IMG/VR virus record: IMGVR_UViG_3300030330_006573
Location: 32,001-96,000 of that record
DNA length: 64,000 nucleotides
From: a virus
Taxonomy: Duplodnaviria > Caudoviricetes
Strand: one strand, 5' to 3'
Below, piece by piece: positions 48,917-58,320 of this stretch. How positions within the stretch are numbered: the first letter of the stretch is position 1; every line of letters starts with the position of its first letter. A program made the translations under genes and the position numbers. The notes below the pieces were generated by a model. It worked only from the letters and a program-made list of their open reading frames with translations, was not told the origin of the DNA and made no database searches.

Positions 48917-50014
48917 TTATTGCACACGTTGACATTTTTCTATAGTATGCGTAACTTCTGCTTCCTTGGTTTCTCTAAACTGGTCAAGATTGTCTTCGCA
49001 TACATCATTTTGTCGAGATATTGTTTCTGTTACGGTTTGTGTGCTGCATGTTACTGAGCAGAAATTATGTATGGAATGAATGCTAGGTCCGCATGGATAA
49101 GGTATAGCAATAGGACCAGCAGGCATTGCATAAGGACTAGAAGGGTGGCCAGCATTGAAAGAAGTATCTACTAAATGGGTACTTCTTCCTGGAGTCTTTA
49201 TAGGAACAGGTCTATATGCAGGATTTGTCAATTTTGGTTGTATGGAGCTATATCCTGGTTTTTTACCGATAATAAAAGTAATGGCTCTTTCAGCAGCATG
49301 CAGTTCAGAATCTTCTACATTTGCAGGGCCAGTGCCTTGACGTCTTCCAGGTCTCCAAGAGCCTGGGTTTGAAGGATTCGGGTAAGCCTGTGCAGCATGT
49401 GTCATAAAACTTGTTGTGGCGGAATTTTCAGAAGGTTGAATATTGTCGTTTTTTATACTAGAAAGGTGTTCATTTATTGTAAGAAATTTGTCAGGATTAT
49501 TTATGGCCTCATCATCATTAAAAAGTCCTAGATTTTGATTGGCTCTAAATATTCTTTGTTCGATTTGACCATCGTATACTCTAGATTGAAGCAATCTCCC
49601 ATTTCTTACATACATAACAAAAAATGGAACAGTTCTTGGATCACCTTTATATATTGTTTGAGTTGATGATGCAGAATAACTTTCTGCGCCAACAGTAGTT
49701 ATTGTTAAGCTTATCTGAATAAAACATACTTCTCCTTCAGAAACGTTTGAAATTTTTACAAGGAGTTCTTTTTCAGTTAGGCCAGTTAATACAGATTTTG
49801 TTGAAAAGCTATCTTCTCCATCCTCGAAATCTTTGTAATTTGAATCTAAAGAGCTTACTGTCCATGAATAGCTGCTTATGGGGTCTTCTATTGCTTTTAT
49901 AAAATTAAATCTAGGGGCAATAATCATGTTTGATCCATCTGTAATTTTATAAACAGAAGAGTCAACCATTAAAGGTTGTTCAAGTAAAGTGGTATTAGTT
50001 ATATATTGCCTCAT
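48917..50014 (-). CDS. Hypothetical protein (Ig-like N-terminus, Cys-containing C-terminus)
   Basis: YSWTV...ISLTITT PKD/Ig-like pattern; ATGA overlap with upstream gene. Confidence 0.55.
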   Translation of the reverse strand: MRQYITNTTLLEQPLMVDSSVYKITDGSNMIIAPRFNFIKAIEDPISSYSWTVSSLDSNYKDFEDGEDSFSTKSVLTGLTEKELLVKISNVSEGEVCFIQISLTITTVGAESYSASSTQTIYKGDPRTVPFFVMYVRNGRLLQSRVYDGQIEQRIFRANQNLGLFNDDEAINNPDKFLTINEHLSSIKNDNIQPSENSATTSFMTHAAQAYPNPSNPGSWRPGRRQGTGPANVEDSELHAAERAITFIIGKKPGYSSIQPKLTNPAYRPVPIKTPGRSTHLVDTSFNAGHPSSPYAMPAGPIAIPYPCGPSIHSIHNFCSVTCSTQTVTETISRQNDVCEDNLDQFRETKEAEVTHTIEKCQRVQ

Positions 50015-51750
50015 GAGTATCCATCAAATTCAACAATCCAACCTTTTCCGCTTAAACACTCTATGCCAGACAAAACGTAATCATCTATTAGGTTATTTCC
50101 AAACCCAGCAAAAGTAGATGATGGATCAGATTGATTTTTAATATTTAAATATCCTGAAATTTTTAAGGTATTTATTAGATTTGGCGCGTATTGAGAATAA
50201 ACACAAGTGTTAACCCAATTTAATACGCCAGTTCTATTTAAGTTATTTCCTTCTAGGTTTGCATATCTTAGTACTGGAGCTGCTATAGCTTGAATTTTAT
50301 CACCTTCAACCAGTAATCCAGAAGGAAGGTCTGGGAAGTATTTTACGGAATCATAAAAACCAGTCATTGGAGTATTATTTCCGCTTATTGCACAACCAGA
50401 AAGATTTAAAGTTTCAAGCTTTAAAAAACTAATGGGGTCTCTTGTATAAAACCAACCTAAATTTTCATTTTTAGATAAATCTATATGCTTACAAGTGGCT
50501 ATTGAGGCAGGTACTTCTCGCCCAATATAAAAAGATTTTAGAGAGGTATTTCCTGTTATGTGTATTTCGTCAAATGTAAAATTTTTATTGCCAGTGAAAT
50601 AATTAGGTGCTCCTAAATACCAATAGCCTTCTTCATTGTAAGATTTTCCGCATTTTAATGTAATCGGAGGTTCGGAAGTATTAAATTCAAATCCATGTAA
50701 TCGCATGGGGAAATTTTCTTCTCTATATCCAGTTACATAAGCATTAAAATTATCATTGTAACTTAGGTTGTTATACATATCTCCTGCATTATCTCCAGAG
50801 ATAAGAAATTCAACATTATTTATAAATTTTCTAAGCTCAATAAACCTAGGCCAACTTATGCAATCATGATTACTAATCCATGATATTTCACCAGTAATAC
50901 TATCACCAGCTCCAGAAAAAGGAGGTACGGCTAAGGGGTATTCATCAATGAAAGTATTGGTTTGTAGGTCTTTGCGGGAAAAATAAAGAACTGCATCGTA
51001 AACATCTGACTCTATCATCCCAGTCATGAAAAAAGGTACTGTATTTATCTGATTTCCAGTATTATAAAAACTGAGTATTTGAGTTGTAGGGCAATTTGAT
51101 AACCCTGCATGACCTGTAATAGCTCCGCTAATTACTGATGGATTTGATTGATCTATTATATTTAAAAACCCAGTTTCTCCATTTTGTTGACCATTAAATG
51201 TATAGGGTCCATAATTTGGATGATTTAAATCTCCAAAAGTTGAAACTTTAAATAAGCCAGTTCCTATATCATTATCTACGATGTATTGAACTTCATCCGC
51301 TGTTAAATGATAGTTAATAGGTCTTGTTGTTTTTAAAACTTGAGCTTCGCCAGTTTTGAATGTCAATTTATAATTGCCTGTAGAAAGAGCTTCATCTACT
51401 TGATAATGACCTGATACAAACTCTGATACAAAAGTTATACTATCTTCGTCGTATAGAACTTTTCCCCCAACATCAATATCTTGAAGGCCATCACGCATTC
51501 TCCCGTTTTCATAACTAACACCCTGTTCGCCTTCTCTCTTAAGATACCTTCTATCTATGGCGCTGTCAGGAATCCCATAATAGTTCATGAACTTATCAAT
51601 ATACTTATCAGGGTATTTATTAAACTCTCTAAATGTAAAGGGATCTGATGGACTATTCCATTCTTTTTGCCCTGGCACAATTACGGCTCCACCCAACTTC
51701 ATTTTCCCACGAAAAGAAGACTTAATTGACTTTCTTACATACCTACCCAT
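50011..51750 (-). CDS. Probable virion protein with LRR-like C-terminal region
   Basis: IDLSKNENL, LETLNLSGCAI, LRYANLEGNNL; GTGTA motif upstream; strong SG/TG bias. Confidence 0.6.
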   Translation of the reverse strand: MGRYVRKSIKSSFRGKMKLGGAVIVPGQKEWNSPSDPFTFREFNKYPDKYIDKFMNYYGIPDSAIDRRYLKREGEQGVSYENGRMRDGLQDIDVGGKVLYDEDSITFVSEFVSGHYQVDEALSTGNYKLTFKTGEAQVLKTTRPINYHLTADEVQYIVDNDIGTGLFKVSTFGDLNHPNYGPYTFNGQQNGETGFLNIIDQSNPSVISGAITGHAGLSNCPTTQILSFYNTGNQINTVPFFMTGMIESDVYDAVLYFSRKDLQTNTFIDEYPLAVPPFSGAGDSITGEISWISNHDCISWPRFIELRKFINNVEFLISGDNAGDMYNNLSYNDNFNAYVTGYREENFPMRLHGFEFNTSEPPITLKCGKSYNEEGYWYLGAPNYFTGNKNFTFDEIHITGNTSLKSFYIGREVPASIATCKHIDLSKNENLGWFYTRDPISFLKLETLNLSGCAISGNNTPMTGFYDSVKYFPDLPSGLLVEGDKIQAIAAPVLRYANLEGNNLNRTGVLNWVNTCVYSQYAPNLINTLKISGYLNIKNQSDPSSTFAGFGNNLIDDYVLSGIECLSGKGWIVEFDGYS

Positions 51751-51766
51751 TGCTTATAAACTATTT

Positions 51767-51791
51767 TACACTAATTCCTTAATTGTGTGTA
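51767..51791. promoter_or_regulatory. Back-to-back divergent GTGTA promoters
   Basis: TACAC (51767-71) and GTGTA (51787-91) serve the divergent genes starting at 51750 (-) and 51801 (+). Confidence 0.55.
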
Positions 51792-51800
51792 AATTTATTT

Positions 51801-52964
51801 ATGGCAAGTGTGATTAGATACGGTTCTGCGAGGTTGTATGCTTCTGTGGCTACATCACCTACTGTTTTAAGATCTTTAACACTTGTAAATGGAGTTGAGT
51901 TTGGATTCAATGTAAATAGATCAAATGTTAAATCTTTAGGTCATGATAAAATATTAAGTAAAAACATAACACCTCCAGAGCCAACAGTAAGTTTTTCTTA
52001 TTATTTATCTGATTTAGATAACGAAAGGTTATTTACTTTGCCAGTAACCAGTGTAGAATCAATAATGGGCGGAATTCCTTTATTCCAAAACCCTCAACCT
52101 ATTGATTTAGCTTTTGTTACCGATGAACAATCAAGAGATATAAATAGACTAGATGCATCAAAACATGATGATTTATCAGTATGCTTGATGACTAATGCTT
52201 ATTTGTCATCTTACTCATTTAGTCTGGATAGTTCTGGTTTTATAAATGCAAGGGTTTCCTTTACAGGGGACGATATGTTATTTAAAACTTTTAAAAATTT
52301 ATCAGAATATAGTGTTTTAGAAGAAGATTCTGAAGATAATTTATTAACAAATCAGAATTCGTTTATTATGAATGACGGTTCAGAGGAGTTGACGTCGAAT
52401 ATAGGTGGTGCAAATACACAAACGAAGGTAAGTGCTTTTAATTTTTCAGCCAATATACCTTACAGAAGGCTAGTAGATTTTGGGCAGATTTATCATAAGA
52501 AAAAAGTAGATCACCCGTTTCAAACAAGCATTTCAGTAAGAGCCTTTGCGGATAGCTTTCACGAGGGCAAAATATCCGATGTTCTTTGTTCAGATAAAAA
52601 GAATGATTTTATAATAACTAATAAAAGGTTAAATTGCGATGGAGATTTCGATGAAAAATCTGGATTTTTATTTAAAGGCGCACAATTAGTTTCGCAAAAT
52701 TACTCGCAAGGAACTTCTGGATTTTTAGAAACAGAACTAAATTTTTCTTTATGGACAAGTAGAAATTGTGGAATATATTTCACACAACATGTTACTACTA
52801 ATGATCTTTTAGCTGGAGAAAATAGTTCAGTAATTGACAATATCCTTCTAGAGGATGCAAGTGGAGGAAAGGGCAGAATATTGCTAGATACAATATTAGA
52901 CATGCTAACTTCAATAAAAGATTTCAAGAATGATGTTGCTTGCTCCCCATCTATGTTAAATTAG
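51801..52964 (+). CDS. Tail tube protein paralog
   Basis: FGFNVNRSNVKSLG...PPEPTVSFSYY...DNER aligns with tube YSFTINRTDVNTFG...EPPTVNLDFTYY...FNER; start placed at ATG 51801. Confidence 0.7.
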   Translation: MASVIRYGSARLYASVATSPTVLRSLTLVNGVEFGFNVNRSNVKSLGHDKILSKNITPPEPTVSFSYYLSDLDNERLFTLPVTSVESIMGGIPLFQNPQPIDLAFVTDEQSRDINRLDASKHDDLSVCLMTNAYLSSYSFSLDSSGFINARVSFTGDDMLFKTFKNLSEYSVLEEDSEDNLLTNQNSFIMNDGSEELTSNIGGANTQTKVSAFNFSANIPYRRLVDFGQIYHKKKVDHPFQTSISVRAFADSFHEGKISDVLCSDKKNDFIITNKRLNCDGDFDEKSGFLFKGAQLVSQNYSQGTSGFLETELNFSLWTSRNCGIYFTQHVTTNDLLAGENSSVIDNILLEDASGGKGRILLDTILDMLTSIKDFKNDVACSPSMLN

Positions 52965-52982
52965 TGTAATATAATTTGAAAG

Positions 52983-55298
52983 ATGGCTTCAGATAAAAAA
53001 ATATCAGACTTAAATCCGTATCCAGGGGATATAAAACCCACTGATAGTGATTTATTTATAACAGCAAGAGAGGATTTTTCAAATTTTAAAATACCTTTCT
53101 CTATACTATCTCAACATTCAGCAGAAAGGGCAAACTCTGCTTTTGTTACTGGCGATCAAACAATAGATGGGATTAAAACTTTTCAAGAGTTTATACTCGG
53201 AAATGTTAGCGGAAACCTTTCGGGTATAGCGAGACATGTTCAAGACGGCGTATATGTTACTGGTGATCAGGCGATAGATGGAATTAAAACATTTAATGAA
53301 TTTATTTTAGCAAATGTTAGCGGAAATTTGTCTGGGATAGCAAGACATGTTCAAGATGGAGTTTATACAACTGGAAATCAAACGATAGGCGGAGAAAAAA
53401 CTTTTCAGGAATTTATTCTTGGTAATGTTAGTGGCAATCTATCTGGAACTGCCAGAAAGGTACAAGATGGAGTTTATATTACTGGCGATCAAACGATTGG
53501 GGGAGTAAAAACATTTTCTGAATTTATAGATGGAAATGTCAGCGGTAATCTTTCTGGGACAGCTTTTGAAGTATTAAACGGAGTATATTTAACTGGTGAT
53601 CAAACCATTGGTGGAAATAAGTTATTCTCAAATCCAATAAGCGGAAATCTATCAGGAACAGCTAGGCATGTCCAAGATGGGGTGTATACAACTGGAAATC
53701 AAGATATTGGAGGAATAAAAACATTCAGTAATCCAATTGTTGGGGATTTATCTGGACTAGCCTCAGGGGTATTTAATGGAGTTTATATTACAGGAGATCA
53801 AACGATTGATGGAGAGAAAACGTTTTCTAAGTTTATTCTTGGAAATGTGAGCGGAAACTTATCTGGAACAGCTTTTGAAGTATTAAACGGAGTTTATACG
53901 ACAGGAGATCAAGATATAACTGGAATTAAAAATTTTACAGAAGAGCTTTTAGTTAGCGGAAGTAGAGTACTCACAGAATCTAATTTTGGAGGATCAATAC
54001 AAGATGTTGTATATCAAACTGGATCCCAAACAGTATCAGGAAATAAAACTTTTGAAGATTTAATAATTCCAATAGGAGGAATAAGATCTGACATTAGTAA
54101 AACAGCACTAGCTATAACAGACGGAAGAAACCCTGTATTATTTACTGGAGTTTCTGGATCTCTAAATCTAGCTTTTGAAAATGATGTCTACATTACTGGC
54201 GGAGTAGGTGGAGACAAAGCAAACTTACATGTTGAAGGAACAATTATAGCAGACCGAATAGACTCGTTAGATGAGATAGTTGGCGAAACTGGAGGTATGG
54301 TATTCACAGATGGTCGTGACCCAGCGCTATTCGAAGGGCCAGACAAGAGTTTAACATTAGCTTTCGAAAACGACGTTTATATTACTGGAGGCGTCGGAGG
54401 AGACAAAGCAAACCTACATGTTGAAGGAACTGTTATAGCTGACCGAATAGACTCTCTAGACGAAATAGTTGGCGAAACTGGAGGCATGATATTTACAGAT
54501 GGTCGTGACCCAGCACTATTTGAGGGTCCAGATAAGAGTCTAACATTAGCTTTCGAAAACGATGTTTACATTACTGGTGGAGTTGGGGGAGATAAGGCAA
54601 ACCTGCATGTTGAAGGAACTGTTATAGCAGACCGAATAGACTCTCTGGATGAAATCATCGGAGAATCTGGTGCAATGGTATTCACTGACGGTAGGGATCC
54701 AGCTTTATTTGAAGGCCCAGATAAAAGCTTAACAATGGCTTTTGAAAGCGGTGTTCACATAAGTGGAGAACAGGGACAACAAGCAGATTTAACTGTTAAT
54801 GGTCTAGGAACTTTTAGCGGATTAAGAGTATTAGGAGATTTCACTATAGACAATGAATTAATTAATGATTTTATTTATGTTCATTTTCAGCAAGATTTAA
54901 GTGCATCTCAAGACTTTTTCATACCTCTTCATATAGGAGAGGGGTCAACTATAGAAAATAATCAACCATTTGCAAGCCAAGGGCATACTATTTTAGCCCC
55001 TTATGATGGTAGGATAAAAAGTATATTATTTAGAGCAAGGGGTGGAGCTAGAGATCCAGGAAATACGACTTTTAAAATATGCACAGGACATAATGATAAT
55101 ATCGTAAACCCAGCAACAGATGTTTTCGATGTAGAAAGTGTGACAATAAATGGATGTGACCGAGAGAGTATTTACGAGTTTGATTTTTCAGATGCACAAC
55201 ATTTTAATCAAGGAACGGTTTTCCTTATAAAAGGAAGAGTCTCTAATGTTACAGATGCTCATGTAACTCTAACAGCACATGTAGAGTATACAACTTAA
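52983..55298 (+). CDS. Tail fibre / repeat-rich virion protein
   Basis: KKISDL N-terminal anchor; nine VYxTG[DN]QTIxGxKTF repeats and 63-aa repeats. Confidence 0.8.
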   Translation: MASDKKISDLNPYPGDIKPTDSDLFITAREDFSNFKIPFSILSQHSAERANSAFVTGDQTIDGIKTFQEFILGNVSGNLSGIARHVQDGVYVTGDQAIDGIKTFNEFILANVSGNLSGIARHVQDGVYTTGNQTIGGEKTFQEFILGNVSGNLSGTARKVQDGVYITGDQTIGGVKTFSEFIDGNVSGNLSGTAFEVLNGVYLTGDQTIGGNKLFSNPISGNLSGTARHVQDGVYTTGNQDIGGIKTFSNPIVGDLSGLASGVFNGVYITGDQTIDGEKTFSKFILGNVSGNLSGTAFEVLNGVYTTGDQDITGIKNFTEELLVSGSRVLTESNFGGSIQDVVYQTGSQTVSGNKTFEDLIIPIGGIRSDISKTALAITDGRNPVLFTGVSGSLNLAFENDVYITGGVGGDKANLHVEGTIIADRIDSLDEIVGETGGMVFTDGRDPALFEGPDKSLTLAFENDVYITGGVGGDKANLHVEGTVIADRIDSLDEIVGETGGMIFTDGRDPALFEGPDKSLTLAFENDVYITGGVGGDKANLHVEGTVIADRIDSLDEIIGESGAMVFTDGRDPALFEGPDKSLTMAFESGVHISGEQGQQADLTVNGLGTFSGLRVLGDFTIDNELINDFIYVHFQQDLSASQDFFIPLHIGEGSTIENNQPFASQGHTILAPYDGRIKSILFRARGGARDPGNTTFKICTGHNDNIVNPATDVFDVESVTINGCDRESIYEFDFSDAQHFNQGTVFLIKGRVSNVTDAHVTLTAHVEYTT
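53142..54053 (+). repeat. Coding tandem repeats, mostly 111 nt (37 aa) with shorter variants, nine TG[DNS]Q cores
   Basis: VY[VTIL]TG[DN]QTI[DG]G.KTF..FI.GNVSGNLSG.A..V.[DN]G. Confidence 0.9.
54114..54790 (+). repeat. Coding tandem repeats of 189 nt (63 aa), about 3.5 copies
   Basis: TDGR codons start at 54117, 54306, 54495, 54684; FTDGRDPALFEGPDKSLTLAFENDVYITGGVGGDKANLHVEGT. Confidence 0.92.
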
Positions 55299-55642
55299 GA
55301 ATCAAGTTTTTTATAAAAGATAAAAGATATTAAGGGCCAAGAAAATGCGCCGTATAATATTATCCAAGGCGTGCACTCAGTTATTAGGTGAATACAGAGT
55401 CCAGTGATCCAAGAAAGGTGAGTGGCTAGACACAATGGACACATTATTAATTCTCCAAGTGTCCCGCAATTTAAAGCAACATGTTGCTCCCAATCATCTC
55501 TAGTGTAAAATTTTTCTTTCTTTTTATTAAAGAAATTTTTTATATCATAAAAATGAACGGGAAGATTTGTATAATTCCAACATACAATTAAATTAGATAC
55601 AATTATAGCACCTAAAAAGTAATTAATTATCTCTTCTGTCAT
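55295..55642 (-). CDS. Small membrane protein with CxxC (DUF1360-like)
   Basis: Three hydrophobic segments; GELIMCPLCLATHLSW. Confidence 0.55.
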   Translation of the reverse strand: MTEEIINYFLGAIIVSNLIVCWNYTNLPVHFYDIKNFFNKKKEKFYTRDDWEQHVALNCGTLGELIMCPLCLATHLSWITGLCIHLITECTPWIILYGAFSWPLISFIFYKKLDS

Positions 55643-55851
55643 AATAAGCGAGCCTGTATTAATTTTTTATATTTACTAATTAAACCTTTTTTTCTGCAAG
55701 AAGAACATCCTTTGCCTTTATTTTTAAGTTCGGACTCATATTGATTCTTTAATTCGATGCAGTCCTTAAGCTCTTTTGCATTTTTGCAAAAATTAGTTCC
55801 TTGATTAGTAAAGAAAGAACCTATTATTTCATTTATTCTTTTTTCATTCAT
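55639..55851 (-). CDS. Small Cys-containing protein
   Basis: GCSSCRKK motif; overlapping start/stop with neighbours. Confidence 0.6.
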   Translation of the reverse strand: MNEKRINEIIGSFFTNQGTNFCKNAKELKDCIELKNQYESELKNKGKGCSSCRKKGLISKYKKLIQARLL

Positions 55852-56240
55852 TACAATTCAATTTTAATATTTTTGCTTTCTACTTTTTTACCCTTCAGCT
55901 CTTCTGGGTGCCTAGCTCCACCTCTTTTTTTAGCATAATCATCAAAATGTTTTTGTTTAATTGGATCGACACCGCCATTTTGATCCGCTCTTTTTTGGGA
56001 AAGTTCAGCGCTTCTATCTAAAAGGTCTCCATAAGTGCCCTTTTGCTTTCCAGTTTTTTCGACAAATTGCCTTGAGTCCCAAGGGTCAATATCGCTACCA
56101 GTTGTATTTAACTGAGAGGTTGTAAAAACTCTTTTCCACTCAATACCTTCATCGTCAATATATTTTTTATCATCATTCATGTGGAAGAATATCTCCTTAT
56201 ACTCTTCTTTTTCTGGATGTTTGAATATATACTCAGGCAT
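55851..56240 (-). CDS. Hypothetical protein (FmdB-like N-terminus lacking Cys)
   Basis: MPEYIFKHPE...WKRVF. Confidence 0.55.
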   Translation of the reverse strand: MPEYIFKHPEKEEYKEIFFHMNDDKKYIDDEGIEWKRVFTTSQLNTTGSDIDPWDSRQFVEKTGKQKGTYGDLLDRSAELSQKRADQNGGVDPIKQKHFDDYAKKRGGARHPEELKGKKVESKNIKIEL

Positions 56241-57321
56241 TTTGAATAATTGAAAGTATTGAATCTAAGGTATTTTTATAAGAAAACTTCTCTTTTAAAG
56301 ATACACCCTTTTTATTTTCTTTGTTGTAAAGTTCTTCAGATCTATCAAAGGCATTTAAAATATCTTCTTTGTTAAATGTGTTTATATTGCCTTGATTGAA
56401 TGGAGAATCTTTTTTGAAGAAAACTCCATCTTCAGATGTAGTTTCCCCAGAGGGTTTGACTAATATACTATTTTCTTCATTAGCCCAATCCTTGTGAGAT
56501 GTAGAATTTAAAACTATACTCCATTTACCCAAACATGTAGCATTGAAAGCTGGAAGATTCCATCCTTCTGCACCACTTAATCCAGACAAGTCAATATCTA
56601 TTGCATTTAAAAATTCATTAACTTCAGAATTAGTTTTCAATCTTGGAAGAAAATTTATGTTAGAGTATTTTTGTCCTTGAAGAGCATTACCTATTATAGA
56701 ATTCATCTGCTTTTCATTAAAAAACGGATTAACAACACAACATGTAAGCTGATAATCTGGATTATTGCCGTATTTTTCAGCCCATATTCTAATAATTTGT
56801 TCGGTATGCTTTCTTTTTTCCCATTTGCCCATCAATCCATAATGAATCTTGCCATCTAAATATTCTTTACCAGTATTAAAGAAATCTTCATCAAAACCAA
56901 GAGGTACATTATAAACATTTTCACAGTTAACATTTTCAAAGCATTCTTTAGCATGATTACTACTGAATATAACACCCTCTTGAAAATCAACTAAACTTTT
57001 CTCTGTGAAAGTTGGATTATCTAATTCATAAAATGAATAAAGAAAGTTTTTGTTACCTATGGACTCCTCGCTTCCATTGATGTGCCATATGGATAAACAA
57101 GGAATATCTTTTTTTAAAGTGGTGTACCTAGAATTAGTAGAGTTTTCTAGCCAACTTTTAAAATCTTCGTCCATTTTATCGTATGCAGAAAAATCAAAAT
57201 TATTTGAGATTGGAAAGATTGAAGCTTTTATATCTGACTTATATAATTCTCTGGCAATATTATATGAGACATTGCCAAACGAAAGATTATTAAAAGCAGC
57301 TTTAAAAATTATTTTATTCAT
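56233..57321 (-). CDS. Glycosyltransferase, GT-B fold (GT4-like)
   Basis: VPLGFD, MGKWEKRK, SGAEGWNLPAF; start placed at ATG 57321. Confidence 0.8.
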   Translation of the reverse strand: MNKIIFKAAFNNLSFGNVSYNIARELYKSDIKASIFPISNNFDFSAYDKMDEDFKSWLENSTNSRYTTLKKDIPCLSIWHINGSEESIGNKNFLYSFYELDNPTFTEKSLVDFQEGVIFSSNHAKECFENVNCENVYNVPLGFDEDFFNTGKEYLDGKIHYGLMGKWEKRKHTEQIIRIWAEKYGNNPDYQLTCCVVNPFFNEKQMNSIIGNALQGQKYSNINFLPRLKTNSEVNEFLNAIDIDLSGLSGAEGWNLPAFNATCLGKWSIVLNSTSHKDWANEENSILVKPSGETTSEDGVFFKKDSPFNQGNINTFNKEDILNAFDRSEELYNKENKKGVSLKEKFSYKNTLDSILSIIQNA

Positions 57322-57335
57322 TTTTATATTGTAAA

Positions 57336-57746
57336 TTACCAAGGGATATCTTCAAAATCTTCTTCAGATTGACTTTGAATGTCTTTTTCTATTTGGATAT
57401 CTTTGGACAAATCTTCTATTTGATCAACCTTAATTATTTTTTTGTCGTTTTTAACATTGATTATTTTAATAAAGTCTGCCGTGCAATAAGTCTTGCTTTG
57501 GTGGTTTCCAGATTTATCTTTCCATGAGTTAAATTTCAACTTACCTTCAACAAATACAAGCGATCCTTTGCTAAGGATTTTATTGCAGTTTTCAGCTATT
57601 CTATCCCAGGCTTCAATTTCAATCCATAAGGTTTCTTTATTTAATGTTATTCCAATTGAAAATGTAATTTTCTTCTTTCCGCTATCAAATACATTAAACT
57701 TTGGGTCTGAAGAAAGGTAGCCCATACCTAAGAACTTATTTATCAT
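57336..57746 (-). CDS. ssb: Single-stranded DNA-binding protein
   Basis: NKFLGMGYLSSDP, WIEIEAW, KGSLVFVEGKL, acidic tail EDIPW. Confidence 0.9.
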   Translation of the reverse strand: MINKFLGMGYLSSDPKFNVFDSGKKKITFSIGITLNKETLWIEIEAWDRIAENCNKILSKGSLVFVEGKLKFNSWKDKSGNHQSKTYCTADFIKIINVKNDKKIIKVDQIEDLSKDIQIEKDIQSQSEEDFEDIPW

Positions 57747-58320
57747 TTATCAATCCTTCTTTTATTTTGTTTATAAAATTGTTGTGAATATTTATGCACC
57801 CTTGGATGCTCATTCCAACATGTTTGCATACATTCTTCCAAGGCATTACCTTGTTTTTTTCTCCTTCAACATATCTTAGATTGAATATTTTTTCAACCCT
57901 AGAATCAGAATCTATCTTTGCCATAGAAAAAACTTTTCTTAAAACTTCTTGGTTAATCATATTTTTAAGATCAATAGGGTTAGATTCTATTGGTGCATTT
58001 ACTGTGGATTTATACATCAAATCTAAGTTGGACAAGACTCTTTTATTCTTTGTGTTAATATTTAAACACATCCACTTAGTCTTATTAGCTAAGTATGTAG
58101 AAAACTTGCTTTTTTTGTCGAAGTCGTACTCTTTGGCTGCATAAAAAATATGGTATTTGCATTCTCCAAACAATTCTTCTTTTAATGATGTGTTTGAGTC
58201 GGCTATATAAGAATTTACCATTTTGTAATAGATGTTTGAATGAAGACTCGCCAATCTATCTAAAGAAAATTCAACCTTAATTCCTTCTTGTATATTTTTT
58301 ACTAATATTAAATCATTCAT
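57736..58320 (-). CDS. Sigma-70-like factor (second)
   Basis: YDFDKKSKFSTYL region 2 motif; IFNLRY...WKNVCKHVGMSIQGCINIH region 4 HTH. Confidence 0.72.
   Translation of the reverse strand: MNDLILVKNIQEGIKVEFSLDRLASLHSNIYYKMVNSYIADSNTSLKEELFGECKYHIFYAAKEYDFDKKSKFSTYLANKTKWMCLNINTKNKRVLSNLDLMYKSTVNAPIESNPIDLKNMINQEVLRKVFSMAKIDSDSRVEKIFNLRYVEGEKNKVMPWKNVCKHVGMSIQGCINIHNNFINKIKEGLINDK

Noticed and set aside
53142-54790. Fibre repeats as DGR template/variable repeats
   Set aside because: No reverse transcriptase in the window; differences are mainly synonymous, not adenine-specific, and all copies are in one ORF.
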